From Azolla caroliniana (taxonomy: Eukaryota > Plantae > Polypodiophyta): a stretch of DNA of 64,000 nucleotides. Each line of letters starts with the position of its first letter. The first letter of the stretch is position 1. Below the pieces are notes generated by a model. That model searched no databases. It saw nothing but the letters and a program-made list of their open reading frames with translations, and was not told the origin of the DNA. A program made the translations under genes and the position numbers. Location: positions 17,670,001-17,734,000 of the forward strand of contig JBHGNT010000015.1 of NCBI GenBank assembly GCA_043228905.1, in the 5' to 3' direction. Below are positions 48,844 through 58,939 of the stretch, piece by piece.

Positions 48844-51800
48844 TGTTGGGAATCAACGCTTCGATTCACCTTCTTCTCTCCGCCACAACCGAGTAATCGC
48901 GGATCAATGGAGCAGAAAATAGGAACCAAAGAGAGAAATACACGAGTACACAGGGATTAACGTGGAAAACCCTAGATGGGAAAAACCACGGGAGTACAAG
49001 ACTCCAAACAACGCTATACAAAGAGAAGTATACAATGACGAGCTCCAAGGCGACGACCTTGAGCTCGCTGTCCTCGCCACAGGCGGCGGAAATACACAGA
49101 GGCGTCGTCCTCTTCCTCTCTCGCGCTCTATCTCTCTCTCTCTCTCACGGCTGCTCCCTCTTCACTCCTCTAAAGTGGAAAAACAGAAAAAATAAGAAGC
49201 AACAGAAAAACTGTTTGCCCTAAGTCATATTTATACTTATATGACTTTGGGCTATTTACAACTGTAGCCTCAGGGGCCCATAGCGAACATATTCACGGAT
49301 ATGTCCCTGCATCCGGATCGCTCTCCGGGTACATTCGTCATCCGGTACCGAAACCGGGGTCTTCGTCATCCGGATCCGAAACCGAAAACCGGGACCGTCC
49401 CATCCGGATCCGACCATCCCATCCGAAGGGACCGTAATCCCAACAAACTCCCCCTTCACTTCGGCATGGGATGTCTCTCCAATCCGATCCTCTTCCGGCA
49501 TGCTTCCAGCTTGTCGGGTGTGAGCACCTTGGTCAGCATATCCGACCCGTTCTCGTCCGTGTGGATCTTCGTCAGCACGAACTCCTTGTCTTCTATCCTT
49601 TCCCGGATCCAGTGATATCTTCGCTGGATGTGCTTCGTCCGGGAGTGATAGGCCGCGTTCTTTGCAAGGTGGATTGCACTCTGACTGTCGCAGTAGAGTC
49701 GGTACTCCTCCTGCCGGATACCGAGCTCTCTAATGAAGTCCTTCATCCATATTATTTCCTTGCCGGCTTCAACAGCCGCCATGTACTCCGCCTCCGTGGT
49801 TGACAGCGCAACCGTCTTCTGCAGCCTCGACTGCCATGAAACAGCTCCCCCTGCATACGTCATCACATACCCTGATGTGGACCGGCTGGTATCTGCATCA
49901 GCCGACATATCCGAATCGGTAAAGCCGTCGAGTTCGGGCTTTCCGGAGCCGAATCGGAGGCACACGTTTGCTGTGCCCTTCAGGTATCGGAGTATCCACT
50001 TGGCCGCGTTCCAATGCTCTTTGCCGGGATTGCTCATGTACCGGCTCACCACTCCGACTGCATATCCGATGTCCGGTCTCGTGCACACCATGGCGTACAT
50101 CAAGCTCCCGACGGCTGAGGCATACGGCACTTTCATCATATCCTCCTTTTCAGCCTTTGTCTTGGGACTTTGCTTGCTGGACAGCTTGCAGTTTGTCGGG
50201 AGGGACGAACCGACCGGTCTCGCTTCCGACATGTTGAACCGGTGAAGCACCTTCGTCACGTACTTCTCCTGTGACAGCCACAACTGCTTCTTCTTCCGGT
50301 CCCGGATGATGTGCATCCCTAGTATTTGCCTCGCCGGACCCAGGTCCTTCATTGAGAAGGTTCGGTGAAGAGCCTTCTTCAGCATCCGTATCTTGACCTG
50401 GTCCCGTCCGACGATCAACATGTCGTCCACGTACAGGAGGAGTATTAGAGAGTCTCCTCCTTCGAACTTCTTCACAAACACGCAGTGGTCGGACTGCGTT
50501 TTGAGGTACCCTTCGTCGGTCATGAAGGAGTCGAACTTCCGGTACCATTGCCGGGGAGCCTGCTTCAGTCCGTAAAGGCTCTTCTTCAACCGGCATACCA
50601 GGTGCTCCTTCCCTTTCTTCTCGAATCCTTCCGGTTGCTGCATGTAGATCTCTTCTTCGAGGTCACCGTGAAGGAATGCCGTCTTCACGTCCATCTGTTC
50701 TACCTCCAGGTCCATGCTTGCCGCTATGCTCAGCACCGTCCGGATGGAGGTCATCTTCACTACCGGGGCAAATATCTCGTCGAAGTCGACGCCCTTCTTC
50801 TGCTGAAATCCCTTCACCACGATCCTGGCTTTGTATCTCGAGGGGTTTCCGGCATCTCCCGGTTTCAGCTTGAACACCCACTTGTTACGGAGTGCCCGTT
50901 TTCCTTTCGGCAACTCCACAAGTTCATATGTGTGGTTCTCATGCAGGGAATCCATCTCGTCCTGCATGGCACTCAACCACCTGCGGCTCTGGGTGTCATG
51001 CTTTGCTTCTTCAAAGCTCTCCGGCTCCCCCTCGTCGGTTAGCAGCACATGCTCTGGTTCCGGAAATCTCCGGGGGGCCCTTCTCTCTCTTAGAGGATAT
51101 CTCCGTTCCGGAGCTTCGGTAACCGGTTCTTCCGATTCTTCTTCTTCATCCGAATCCATTTCGGGATCGGGAACGGTTCCGGTATCATTTTCATCTTCTT
51201 CGGCCGGTTCTGTTTCTTCACCGTCTTCGGCCGGATCCTCGAGTGCTAACCGGTCCCTTGCCGGTCGGGACTGCTCCTCGTAGAGTTGATCCTCACCGGT
51301 CGACTTGGAGCTCTTCATCTTCTTCTCCGACTCCCAGTCGGCGAGTGTCTTGTTCTCCATGAAGATGATATCACGACTCCGGAATATCTTCTTGTCAACC
51401 GGGTCCCATACTCGGTAGCCGAACTCGTCGTCGCCGTAACCGAGGAATATGCATGGCCGGGTCTTTGGATCTAGCTTTCCTCTCCGGTCCTTTGCCACAT
51501 GCACGTATGCGAGACACCCGAACACCTTCAGATGCCGGTAGGATACTTCCCTACCGGTCCACACTCTCTGCGGCGTGTCTCCGTCCAAAGGTGCTGAGGG
51601 TGATCTGTTTATCACATATGTCGCCGTCGACATTGCCTCAGCCCAAAATCCCTTGGGTAATTTCGCATGTGCCAGCATACTCCGGACCCTCTCCATTATG
51701 GTCCGGTTCATCCTCTCGGCCAGCCCGTTCAGTTCCGGCGTCTTCGGCACAGTAAACTCGAGTCGGATTCCCTTCGAGCGACAGTACTCCTGGAACTGCC

Positions 51801-54163
51801 CCCGGTATTCCCCTCCGTTATCCGCTCGTATCGCTTTCAGCTTCTTGCCGGATTCCCTTTCCACTCTCGCGTGGAGTTCTTTGAAGACGCACAACACTTG
51901 GTCCTTTGTCTTCATCGGTGCCGTCCACAGTTTTCGGCTATGATCATCGATGAATGTTACGAAGTACTGGGCTCCGCCATGTGACTTCGTTTCTACCTGA
52001 CACACATCAGTGTGCACCAACTCCAATGGTGCGCTACGTCTCGTCGGTGGCCTTGAGTGGAAGGAAGTTCGGTTCTGCTTACCGGCCAGGCAATCGGTGC
52101 ACTTCTCCAGGTGCACATGCTTCACTGGGATAAGGTTGTCTTCTGCAAGCCTCTTCATCCCCTTCTCACTCATGTGGCACAGTCTTTTGTGCCACAGCTC
52201 ACCGGCAGTGTCGGCTGCCACATTCAGCTCTTCCGGACATAACCGGGCATTCATCAGGTACAGTGTGTTGTCTTTCCGGGCCCGAGCCACTATCAGGCTC
52301 CCCTTGCTGAACTTCATTACGCCGTTCTGGATGCTACCAGTGTAGCCTTCATCATCTAGCCTCCCGGCCGAAATCAGGTTCAGTCGGACCTCCGGAACGT
52401 GTCGGACATTCTTCAGCAGCATTTTGCATCCGGTCGGGGTTGTCAACCACACATCTCCTATGCCGGCAATCCGGCACGTACCTTCGTTTCCCATCCGAAC
52501 ACAGCCATGCTCACCGGCTGTGTAGGATGAGAAGTATCTTCTCTCCGGGGTCAGGTGGAACGATGCTCCGGAATCGACCACCCAGGTCGTCTCATCGCCG
52601 GCAATGTTTAGCTCACCTTCTTCGGTGATGAGCATGATTTCTTCCTCACTTGCCGCGAGTGCCGTCGTTCCTTTCCGGTCCTGCCCTCGCCGATCCGAAC
52701 CTCTCCGGTCCGTGGCTCCCCGGTATGCACCGTTTCTCTCCGGTGACTTCTTCGAATCGGTGTCGTCGGCTCCGTTGTCTTTTCGGTAATGCCGACAATT
52801 CTTTCGGAAGTGCCCCGGCTTCCCACAGTGGAAGCATGTGGGCCTTCCTCTTGACTGCGACCGGGTCCCCGACTTCTCCCGTCTTTGCGGACTCCGGTTC
52901 CATTGTCTTCCCCGATCCGATTCGGTAAGCAGCGCCTTCGGGTCGGAGGCCGGTTCTTTATCTCTCCGACGCGCTTCTTCGTTCAAAATACTTGTCTTTA
53001 CCGTTTGCAAGGACAAGTTATCTTCGGTGCAGGAGGTGCTGAGAGTCACCACCAAGTTCTCCCAGCTTTCCGGCAATGTACACATCAGGATGATGGCTTG
53101 CATTGCATCCTCCAACGGGAACTTGATCGCCGCAAGCTGATTCACGAATCCCATGAACGTGCTTACGTGTTCCACCATACTCTCGCCGTCCCGGTACTTG
53201 AGATTCACTATCTTCCTCATCAGGGAGGTCCGATTCAACGCATTCTTCCTCTCGTAGAGGCCCGACAGCTTCTTCCACATTTCATATGCGTTGGTGTCGT
53301 TTGCCACATGTTGTAGGACGCTCACGTCGACGTATTGCCGAATGGTTGCAACGGCTTTCCGGTTCAGAAGCCTCCATTCCGACTCAAGTACCCCTTTCGG
53401 TATTTCCGACCTGTCAATCGGTTCGTACAGGTCCCGAACAATCAGAAGATCCTCCATCTTGATCTTCCAGTCGGCGTAATTCTGTGCATTCAGCACCATC
53501 ATCCCCGGCTGCCCGCTGCCGCCGCCTTCCATTTTCTGCAACAGTCGCTCTGATACCAGCTTGTTGGGAATCAACGCTTCGATTCACCTTCTTCTCTCCG
53601 CCACAACCGAGTAATCGCGGATCAATGGAGCAGAAAATAGGAACCAAAGAGAGAAATACACGAGTACACAGGGATTAACGTGGAAAACCCTAGATGGGAA
53701 AAACCACGGGAGTACAAGACTCCAAACAACGCTATACAAAGAGAAGTATACAATGACGAGCTCCAAGGCGACGACCTTGAGCTCGCTGTCCTCGCCACAG
53801 GCGGCGGAAATACACAGAGGCGTCGTCCTCTTCCTCTCTCGCGCTCTATCTCTCTCTCTCTCTCACGGCTGCTCCCTCTTCACTCCTCTAAAGTGGAAAA
53901 ACAGAAAAAATAAGAAGCAACAGAAAAACTGTTTGCCCTAAGTCATATTTATACTTATATGACTTTGGGCTATTTACAACTGTAGCCTCAGGGGCCCATA
54001 GCGAACATATTCACGGATATGTCCCTGCATCCGGATCGCTCTCCGGGTACATTCGTCATCCGGTACCGAAACCGGGGTCTTCGTCATCCGGATCCGAAAC
54101 CGAAAACCGGGACCGTCCCATCCGGATCCGACCATCCCATCCGAAGGGACCGTAATCCCAACA
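48844..54163 (-). mobile_element. Intact, very recent Ty1/copia (Tnt1/Tork-like) element. 602-bp LTRs 48844-49445 and 53562-54163, TSD GATCA
   Basis: No LTR differences seen by eye, and the called LTR ORFs are identical at a 4718-bp offset. GATCA at 48839-48843 and 54164-54168. PBS TGGTATCAGAGC (53558-53547). PPT GAAGGGGGAG next to 49445. Confidence 0.97.
49456..53574 (-). CDS. Intact Copia Gag-Pol polyprotein (probable start MEGGGSGQPG at 53532)
   Basis: Uninterrupted 1372-codon ORF with CFHCGKPGHFRKNC, WVVDSGASFH, LWHKRLCH/CTDC, DDE core, KARIVVKGF, YVDDML and RNase H. Confidence 0.97.
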   Translation of the reverse strand: MIPNKLVSERLLQKMEGGGSGQPGMMVLNAQNYADWKIKMEDLLIVRDLYEPIDRSEIPKGVLESEWRLLNRKAVATIRQYVDVSVLQHVANDTNAYEMWKKLSGLYERKNALNRTSLMRKIVNLKYRDGESMVEHVSTFMGFVNQLAAIKFPLEDAMQAIILMCTLPESWENLVVTLSTSCTEDNLSLQTVKTSILNEEARRRDKEPASDPKALLTESDRGRQWNRSPQRREKSGTRSQSRGRPTCFHCGKPGHFRKNCRHYRKDNGADDTDSKKSPERNGAYRGATDRRGSDRRGQDRKGTTALAASEEEIMLITEEGELNIAGDETTWVVDSGASFHLTPERRYFSSYTAGEHGCVRMGNEGTCRIAGIGDVWLTTPTGCKMLLKNVRHVPEVRLNLISAGRLDDEGYTGSIQNGVMKFSKGSLIVARARKDNTLYLMNARLCPEELNVAADTAGELWHKRLCHMSEKGMKRLAEDNLIPVKHVHLEKCTDCLAGKQNRTSFHSRPPTRRSAPLELVHTDVCQVETKSHGGAQYFVTFIDDHSRKLWTAPMKTKDQVLCVFKELHARVERESGKKLKAIRADNGGEYRGQFQEYCRSKGIRLEFTVPKTPELNGLAERMNRTIMERVRSMLAHAKLPKGFWAEAMSTATYVINRSPSAPLDGDTPQRVWTGREVSYRHLKVFGCLAYVHVAKDRRGKLDPKTRPCIFLGYGDDEFGYRVWDPVDKKIFRSRDIIFMENKTLADWESEKKMKSSKSTGEDQLYEEQSRPARDRLALEDPAEDGEETEPAEEDENDTGTVPDPEMDSDEEEESEEPVTEAPERRYPLRERRAPRRFPEPEHVLLTDEGEPESFEEAKHDTQSRRWLSAMQDEMDSLHENHTYELVELPKGKRALRNKWVFKLKPGDAGNPSRYKARIVVKGFQQKKGVDFDEIFAPVVKMTSIRTVLSIAASMDLEVEQMDVKTAFLHGDLEEEIYMQQPEGFEKKGKEHLVCRLKKSLYGLKQAPRQWYRKFDSFMTDEGYLKTQSDHCVFVKKFEGGDSLILLLYVDDMLIVGRDQVKIRMLKKALHRTFSMKDLGPARQILGMHIIRDRKKKQLWLSQEKYVTKVLHRFNMSEARPVGSSLPTNCKLSSKQSPKTKAEKEDMMKVPYASAVGSLMYAMVCTRPDIGYAVGVVSRYMSNPGKEHWNAAKWILRYLKGTANVCLRFGSGKPELDGFTDSDMSADADTSRSTSGYVMTYAGGAVSWQSRLQKTVALSTTEAEYMAAVEAGKEIIWMKDFIRELGIRQEEYRLYCDSQSAIHLAKNAAYHSRTKHIQRRYHWIRERIEDKEFVLTKIHTDENGSDMLTKVLTPDKLEACRKRIGLERHPMPK

Positions 54164-57100
54164 GATCAAATGCCTTCGGTCGGATGGCGGAAAGGAATAT
54201 TTTTCCAGCCAATTCACTAGTTATCTGCAGCAGAAGGGAATTCGGTGAGAGTTCAGTTGCAGATACACACCAGAGCAAAACGGTGTGGCCGAAAGGAAGA
54301 ACCGGACACTTGTTGAAGCGGCAAGGACAATGCTGGAGGAGAAGAGCATGCCCCGGTTCTACTGGGCGGAGGCGGTCCGTACGGCTGTCTACATACAAAA
54401 CCGCATTGGTGACAAGGTGTCAGCTCATGAGCTATATTTCGGGTGCAACCCGAACTTAAGACACCTTCGGATATTCGGCAGCATAGCGTATGTGCATGTG
54501 CCGGATCAGAAGCGGAGAAAGCTGGATGCAAAATCGGAAAAATGCATCCTAGTCGGCTATGCTCAAGAGCAAAAGGGGTATAAGTGCTATAACCCCCAGA
54601 CGAAGGAAGTCCGGGTTAGCCGGGATGTCGAGTTCGATGAATCGGCATCCTGGTACTCCGTACCGACTCCGTACCCAATGTCAGAAGATCAGGCCAGTGA
54701 GCCTGAATCAGCCCTGGCAGAGGATGATGATGTCGGGACTCAAGATGAGAGTCCGGAATCGTTACGGTTGAGTGGACCGAACGACTGACTGAGTCGGTTG
54801 GACCAGTCGGATGAAGAGATAGCAAGTGGTGGAGACTCTGCCGTGCTCTCCCCGCGCAAGGCACCGAGGAAACGGTTCACGCGCAAAGAGAAGGGGAAGA
54901 GGAAGATGCCGGAATTCGAAACCGGCAACGATGAGTCGGATCGGTGCGTATCCGACTCCGGAAAGGAGAAAGGCGGATCTTCGGCAACGAAGAATGAACT
55001 GGCCAAGAAGGGCCTCAAATAAGGTGACGGTGCATTGCGCCGATCAACCCGCCAGAAGGATCCCGTCATGCGGTACAGGTACAATGAATACATGGCGCAT
55101 CATTATGCGTACATGAATAAGGTGACAGAAGTGCGTGAGCCGGAGAGCTACGCAGAAGCGGGAAAGGACGCAAATTGGCGTGCCGCTATGAACGAAGAAA
55201 TGCGGGCACTCGATGCCAACGAAACTTGGGACCTAGTTGATCCTCCCCGTCACTGTAAACCGATCGGATGCAAGTGGGTGTACAAGGTCAAGTACAACGC
55301 CGACGGTTCTGTTAACCGGTACAAAGCCCGGTTAGTGGCGAAGGGATACGCGCAGACCCACGGAATCGACTACGACGAGACCTTCGCTCCTGTGGCAACG
55401 ATGACGACGGTTCGTGTGGTACTGGCGGTTGCTGCGGCAAGGGGGTGGCATCTTCACCAGATGGATGTGAAGAACGCCTTCCTTCAAGGAGAGCTTGAAG
55501 AAGAAGTCTTTATGACTCAGCCCCCCGGATTTCAATCGGAGATGAACAAGTCGGCGGTATGCCGACTGAAGAAGTCGCTTTACGGCTTGAAGCAAGCCCC
55601 CCGAGCTTGGAACGCGAAGATCACGCACCGGTTGCGTAAGCTGGGGTTTGTTGTCTCTAAGTCGGACTCTTCGTTGTTCATCTGGCAAGGCTCTGACGGT
55701 CCGGTATGTATACTCTTGTATGTGGATGATTTAGTCATCACCGGACCGGGTCTTCTCGAAATCAACCGCGTCAAGTCCTAGTTGTCGGACGCATTCGAAA
55801 TGAAGGACCTGGGGGACCTTCATTATTTTCTTGGGATCGAAGTGATCCGGACCCCCGACGGCATATTGCTCTCACAACGACATTACATGTTGAATATGCT
55901 GTATAAGTTCGGCATGACGGATTGCCGACCTATCTCCACACCCCTGGACCGAAACCAGAAGCTCCATCCCAACTCCGGACCGGCCTTCAATGAGAAACGG
56001 TTCCGACAGGTTGTCGGAAGCCTGATCTACTTAACCATCACCCGACCCGACATCATCTATCCGGTCGGCATGGTAAGTCAGTTCATGCAGAAGCCGACCG
56101 TGGAGCACCTTCAGTGCGTGCAACGAATATTACGGTATGTCAGCGGCACTAAGGACCGGGGACTGCTATACCGGCGAGGTATACCCGAAGAGCTTGTCGG
56201 TTACACAGATGCTGACTGGGCCGGTGATGCGTCTGATCGCCGCTCCACTTCCGGATACATGTTCTCCATAGGTAGCGCAACCGTTGCGTGGAGCAGCAAG
56301 AAGCAGCCCACAGTGGCTTTGTCAAGCACTGAGGCTGAGTACCGGGCCGCTACCGTTGCCACTTGTGAAGCCATCTGGCTTCTGCGACTGCTGCGAGACT
56401 TGCGGATCGAGGTACCGACACCGATCCCGATTTACTGCGATAACATGAGCAGCCTGCAGCTCGCCAGGAACCCTGTGTTCCATGCTCGCACAAAGCACAT
56501 CGAGGTGCACTACCACTTCGTGCGTGAGCGGGTCCTGAGCGGTGAAGTTGACCTATGGTATGTTCATACGGATCGGCAAGTTGCCGACATCTTCACCAAG
56601 CCGCTCGGATCGGACAAGTTGCAGCACTTTACCGACATGCTTGGTATTCAGCATCTCGACATGCCGCACTTGAGGGGGAGAAGCAAGGGCAAAGTCAAAG
56701 TCTCTATCGAAACGGGCAATGGCCAAAAAACTGTTGAACCTGTCGGTAAGAGGAGAGCTGGAAGAAGAGGAGACAAGAAGATGAAGGAAGTCGACACATC
56801 CGAACAGGTCGGAGCAAGCGGTTGTGAAGAAGACTTGTGCACTCAGGAAGAGAAGTGCATGCTCTGCGGAGGTCATCACGACGGTACTGACCATGATGCA
56901 GAGTCGAATGAAGAATTCGATTTTGGTTCACCGGCTGAAGAAGCCGAGGGAAGCATGGAGAAGGCCAAGACTCGGAAGTGGTCCGATGTGGTGAGAGGCC
57001 TGAAGCCGGAAGTCGAATTGGAGTGTACCGATTCGGACAAGAGCTGGAACGAGTCGGAGATAGCTGACTCGGATCAACAGATGGATCCGGATGAGTCGGA

Positions 57101-58939
57101 TCGACTAAAGGCCAAGGGGACACGGACACAGCGGAAGTCGATGCCATCGTGGGAGAACCGACGGATCGGCAAGCGCCGGAGTCATAGCAATGTGAGTGCT
57201 GAGATGGGCCTATTGAGCAGACATGCCGACCGAGAGGGTCGAGGCGCGCAGAACCAAAGGGGTCGCGGCAAATGGAACCGGACCGGACGAGGAGCGCGAG
57301 CAAGGCGGAGTGACGCTAGGAGAAGTCGGTTGGAAGAACCGACTGCCACAGAGGTCGACACTACGACCCCACCTCAGGTTGAGCTTGAGGGGGAGTGTTG
57401 AGCGGCAAGCTCAACCGGAGCCGAATCGGCTGAATAAGCCGGAGCCGGTAAGCGAGACGGATCGGGCGAAACGGATCGGTATGACGGTGAGCAACCGAAC
57501 CGGCAAGCAGTGGAGGCCGGGTGCAATCCGTAACCGGCAGTCCAATCGGAAGCCTAGTATAGGATAGACTACTAGGTAGCTATAGTCTCGTAGTAAGTGT
57601 CAGATGCTCGTGTGAGCATTGAAGTACATGGTACTTCTGTCAGTCCCAAGAGGACTTGTATAAATAGTGCTACTTAGCACAGTGTGTATACAGAGTCTTG
57701 ATATAATTTTGAAATTGTGTTCTGCTCTCTCACTCTGTCTCTGTCTCTCTCTCTCTCTCTGTGTTGTTCTCTGTTTTACGCTTCCGCAAACACTTACGTT
57801 CACAAGACTCAACGAGGATGACTCGACATGCCCTGATGAAGTGGATAGAGACGAAGAATAAGAAGATGAGCATCTCGAGGGTGTACGACGAATTCGACCA
57901 GATGTTTAGTCGTCTCCCCAATACAGACCAAGTGTTGCTTGAAGAGGACAAGACTTTGTACTTCTTGAAGGCCGTGGACATAAAGGATAGACGGGAGTTG
58001 GGGACTCTTCTCGAAGATGATACCCAAGCAAATGGGCTCGTAGCGGACTGGATCGCGGTGAAGCGGGCATGCAATAGGCTCGACAAGCATCGCCAATGGG
58101 TTGATGACACCGACTTGACGGGACCGACTACCACGGAGAAAGCAAGTCCGCCGAAAGTAGCTGAGCCACCAAGACAAAGTAACGTGGAAGAAAAGAAGAT
58201 TGATGACGACATCATTGAAGAGCTAGCGAAGAAGTTCGAGAAGGTCACGCTAGCCAACATGAATCGTCGAGGCCCTAAAGGAAAAGAACCCTTTAGATGC
58301 GTGTGGTGTGATAGCATGGACCACATGAGAAGGGATTGTGCGAGCCTTCGAAAGGAGATTCGACAAAATATCGTATACATAGAGGACAACATGATCTGCT
58401 CAAGCGAGACTAGAAGACCCCTACGGGTGAATTTCGGAAGAGGAGGAATGAAGAAATCTATGGAGGATGCCGATGCGACTCATGTGGATGCGATGCACTA
58501 TGCTGCGTCGGCCGAAATAAGAGTCGAGAAAGACAAGACTGAAGCTGCTAGAGCGGGAGCAAAGTTTTGGACTTCCGTTCTCGAATATGAGAAGAGGGGA
58601 AAAGTCATATCGAACGAGGTAGAGCTTGTGGACCAAAGCGTGCAAAGCATAACCGGGTGGTCGGATCCGGTGGACGACAACACCATACTCGCAGAGGTGA
58701 TGTGCGACAACCACGAGGTGTTCGTCGAAGAAAAGAGAAAGAGAATAGAAGAGCAAGGGCCATCAAAAAGACATGAAACAAGGAACACGAAAAAGAAGGA
58801 CGATGCGGAGACGAGTCGACCTTTACAAACGGAGAAACGAGAATCAAGCCGAAAAGGGGAGCTGAGCATACGAGTTGAAGAAACAGTTCGGCCCGTGAAG
58901 GTTGGTGTCGAAGACCCCTATTATAGATCTAGGTACTAA

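Larger units (their letters stand above)
46590..57804 (+). mobile_element. Ty1/copia retrotransposon, young with a few stops. LTRs 46590-~46966 (3' end deleted) and 57396-57804, TSD AGACT
   Basis: AGACT at 46585-46589 and 57805-57809. Gag from 47058, CWYCGKKGHTESEC, WYVDSGASNHM, integrase split at 48843/54169, RT YVDD and RNase H. PPT GAGGGGGAG before 57396. Confidence 0.95.
45098..58939 (+). mobile_element. tRNA-Trp-primed Ty3/gypsy element: 5' LTR 45098-46185, PBS 46194-46210, gag from 46253 split by the Copia insertion and resuming at 57810
   Basis: LTR with 12-bp terminal inverted repeat TGTCGTGAAGAT/ATCTTCACGACA. PBS TGGTGAACCCGACGTGA after an 8-nt spacer. Gag reads VTED|STRM across the AGACT TSD, with zinc knuckle CVWCDSMDHMRRDC. 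Confidence 0.85.

Noticed and set aside
46794-57303. Many antisense and alternative-frame ORFs over the Copia elements
   Set aside because: Expected shadow ORFs of GC-rich coding sequence, with no independent motifs.
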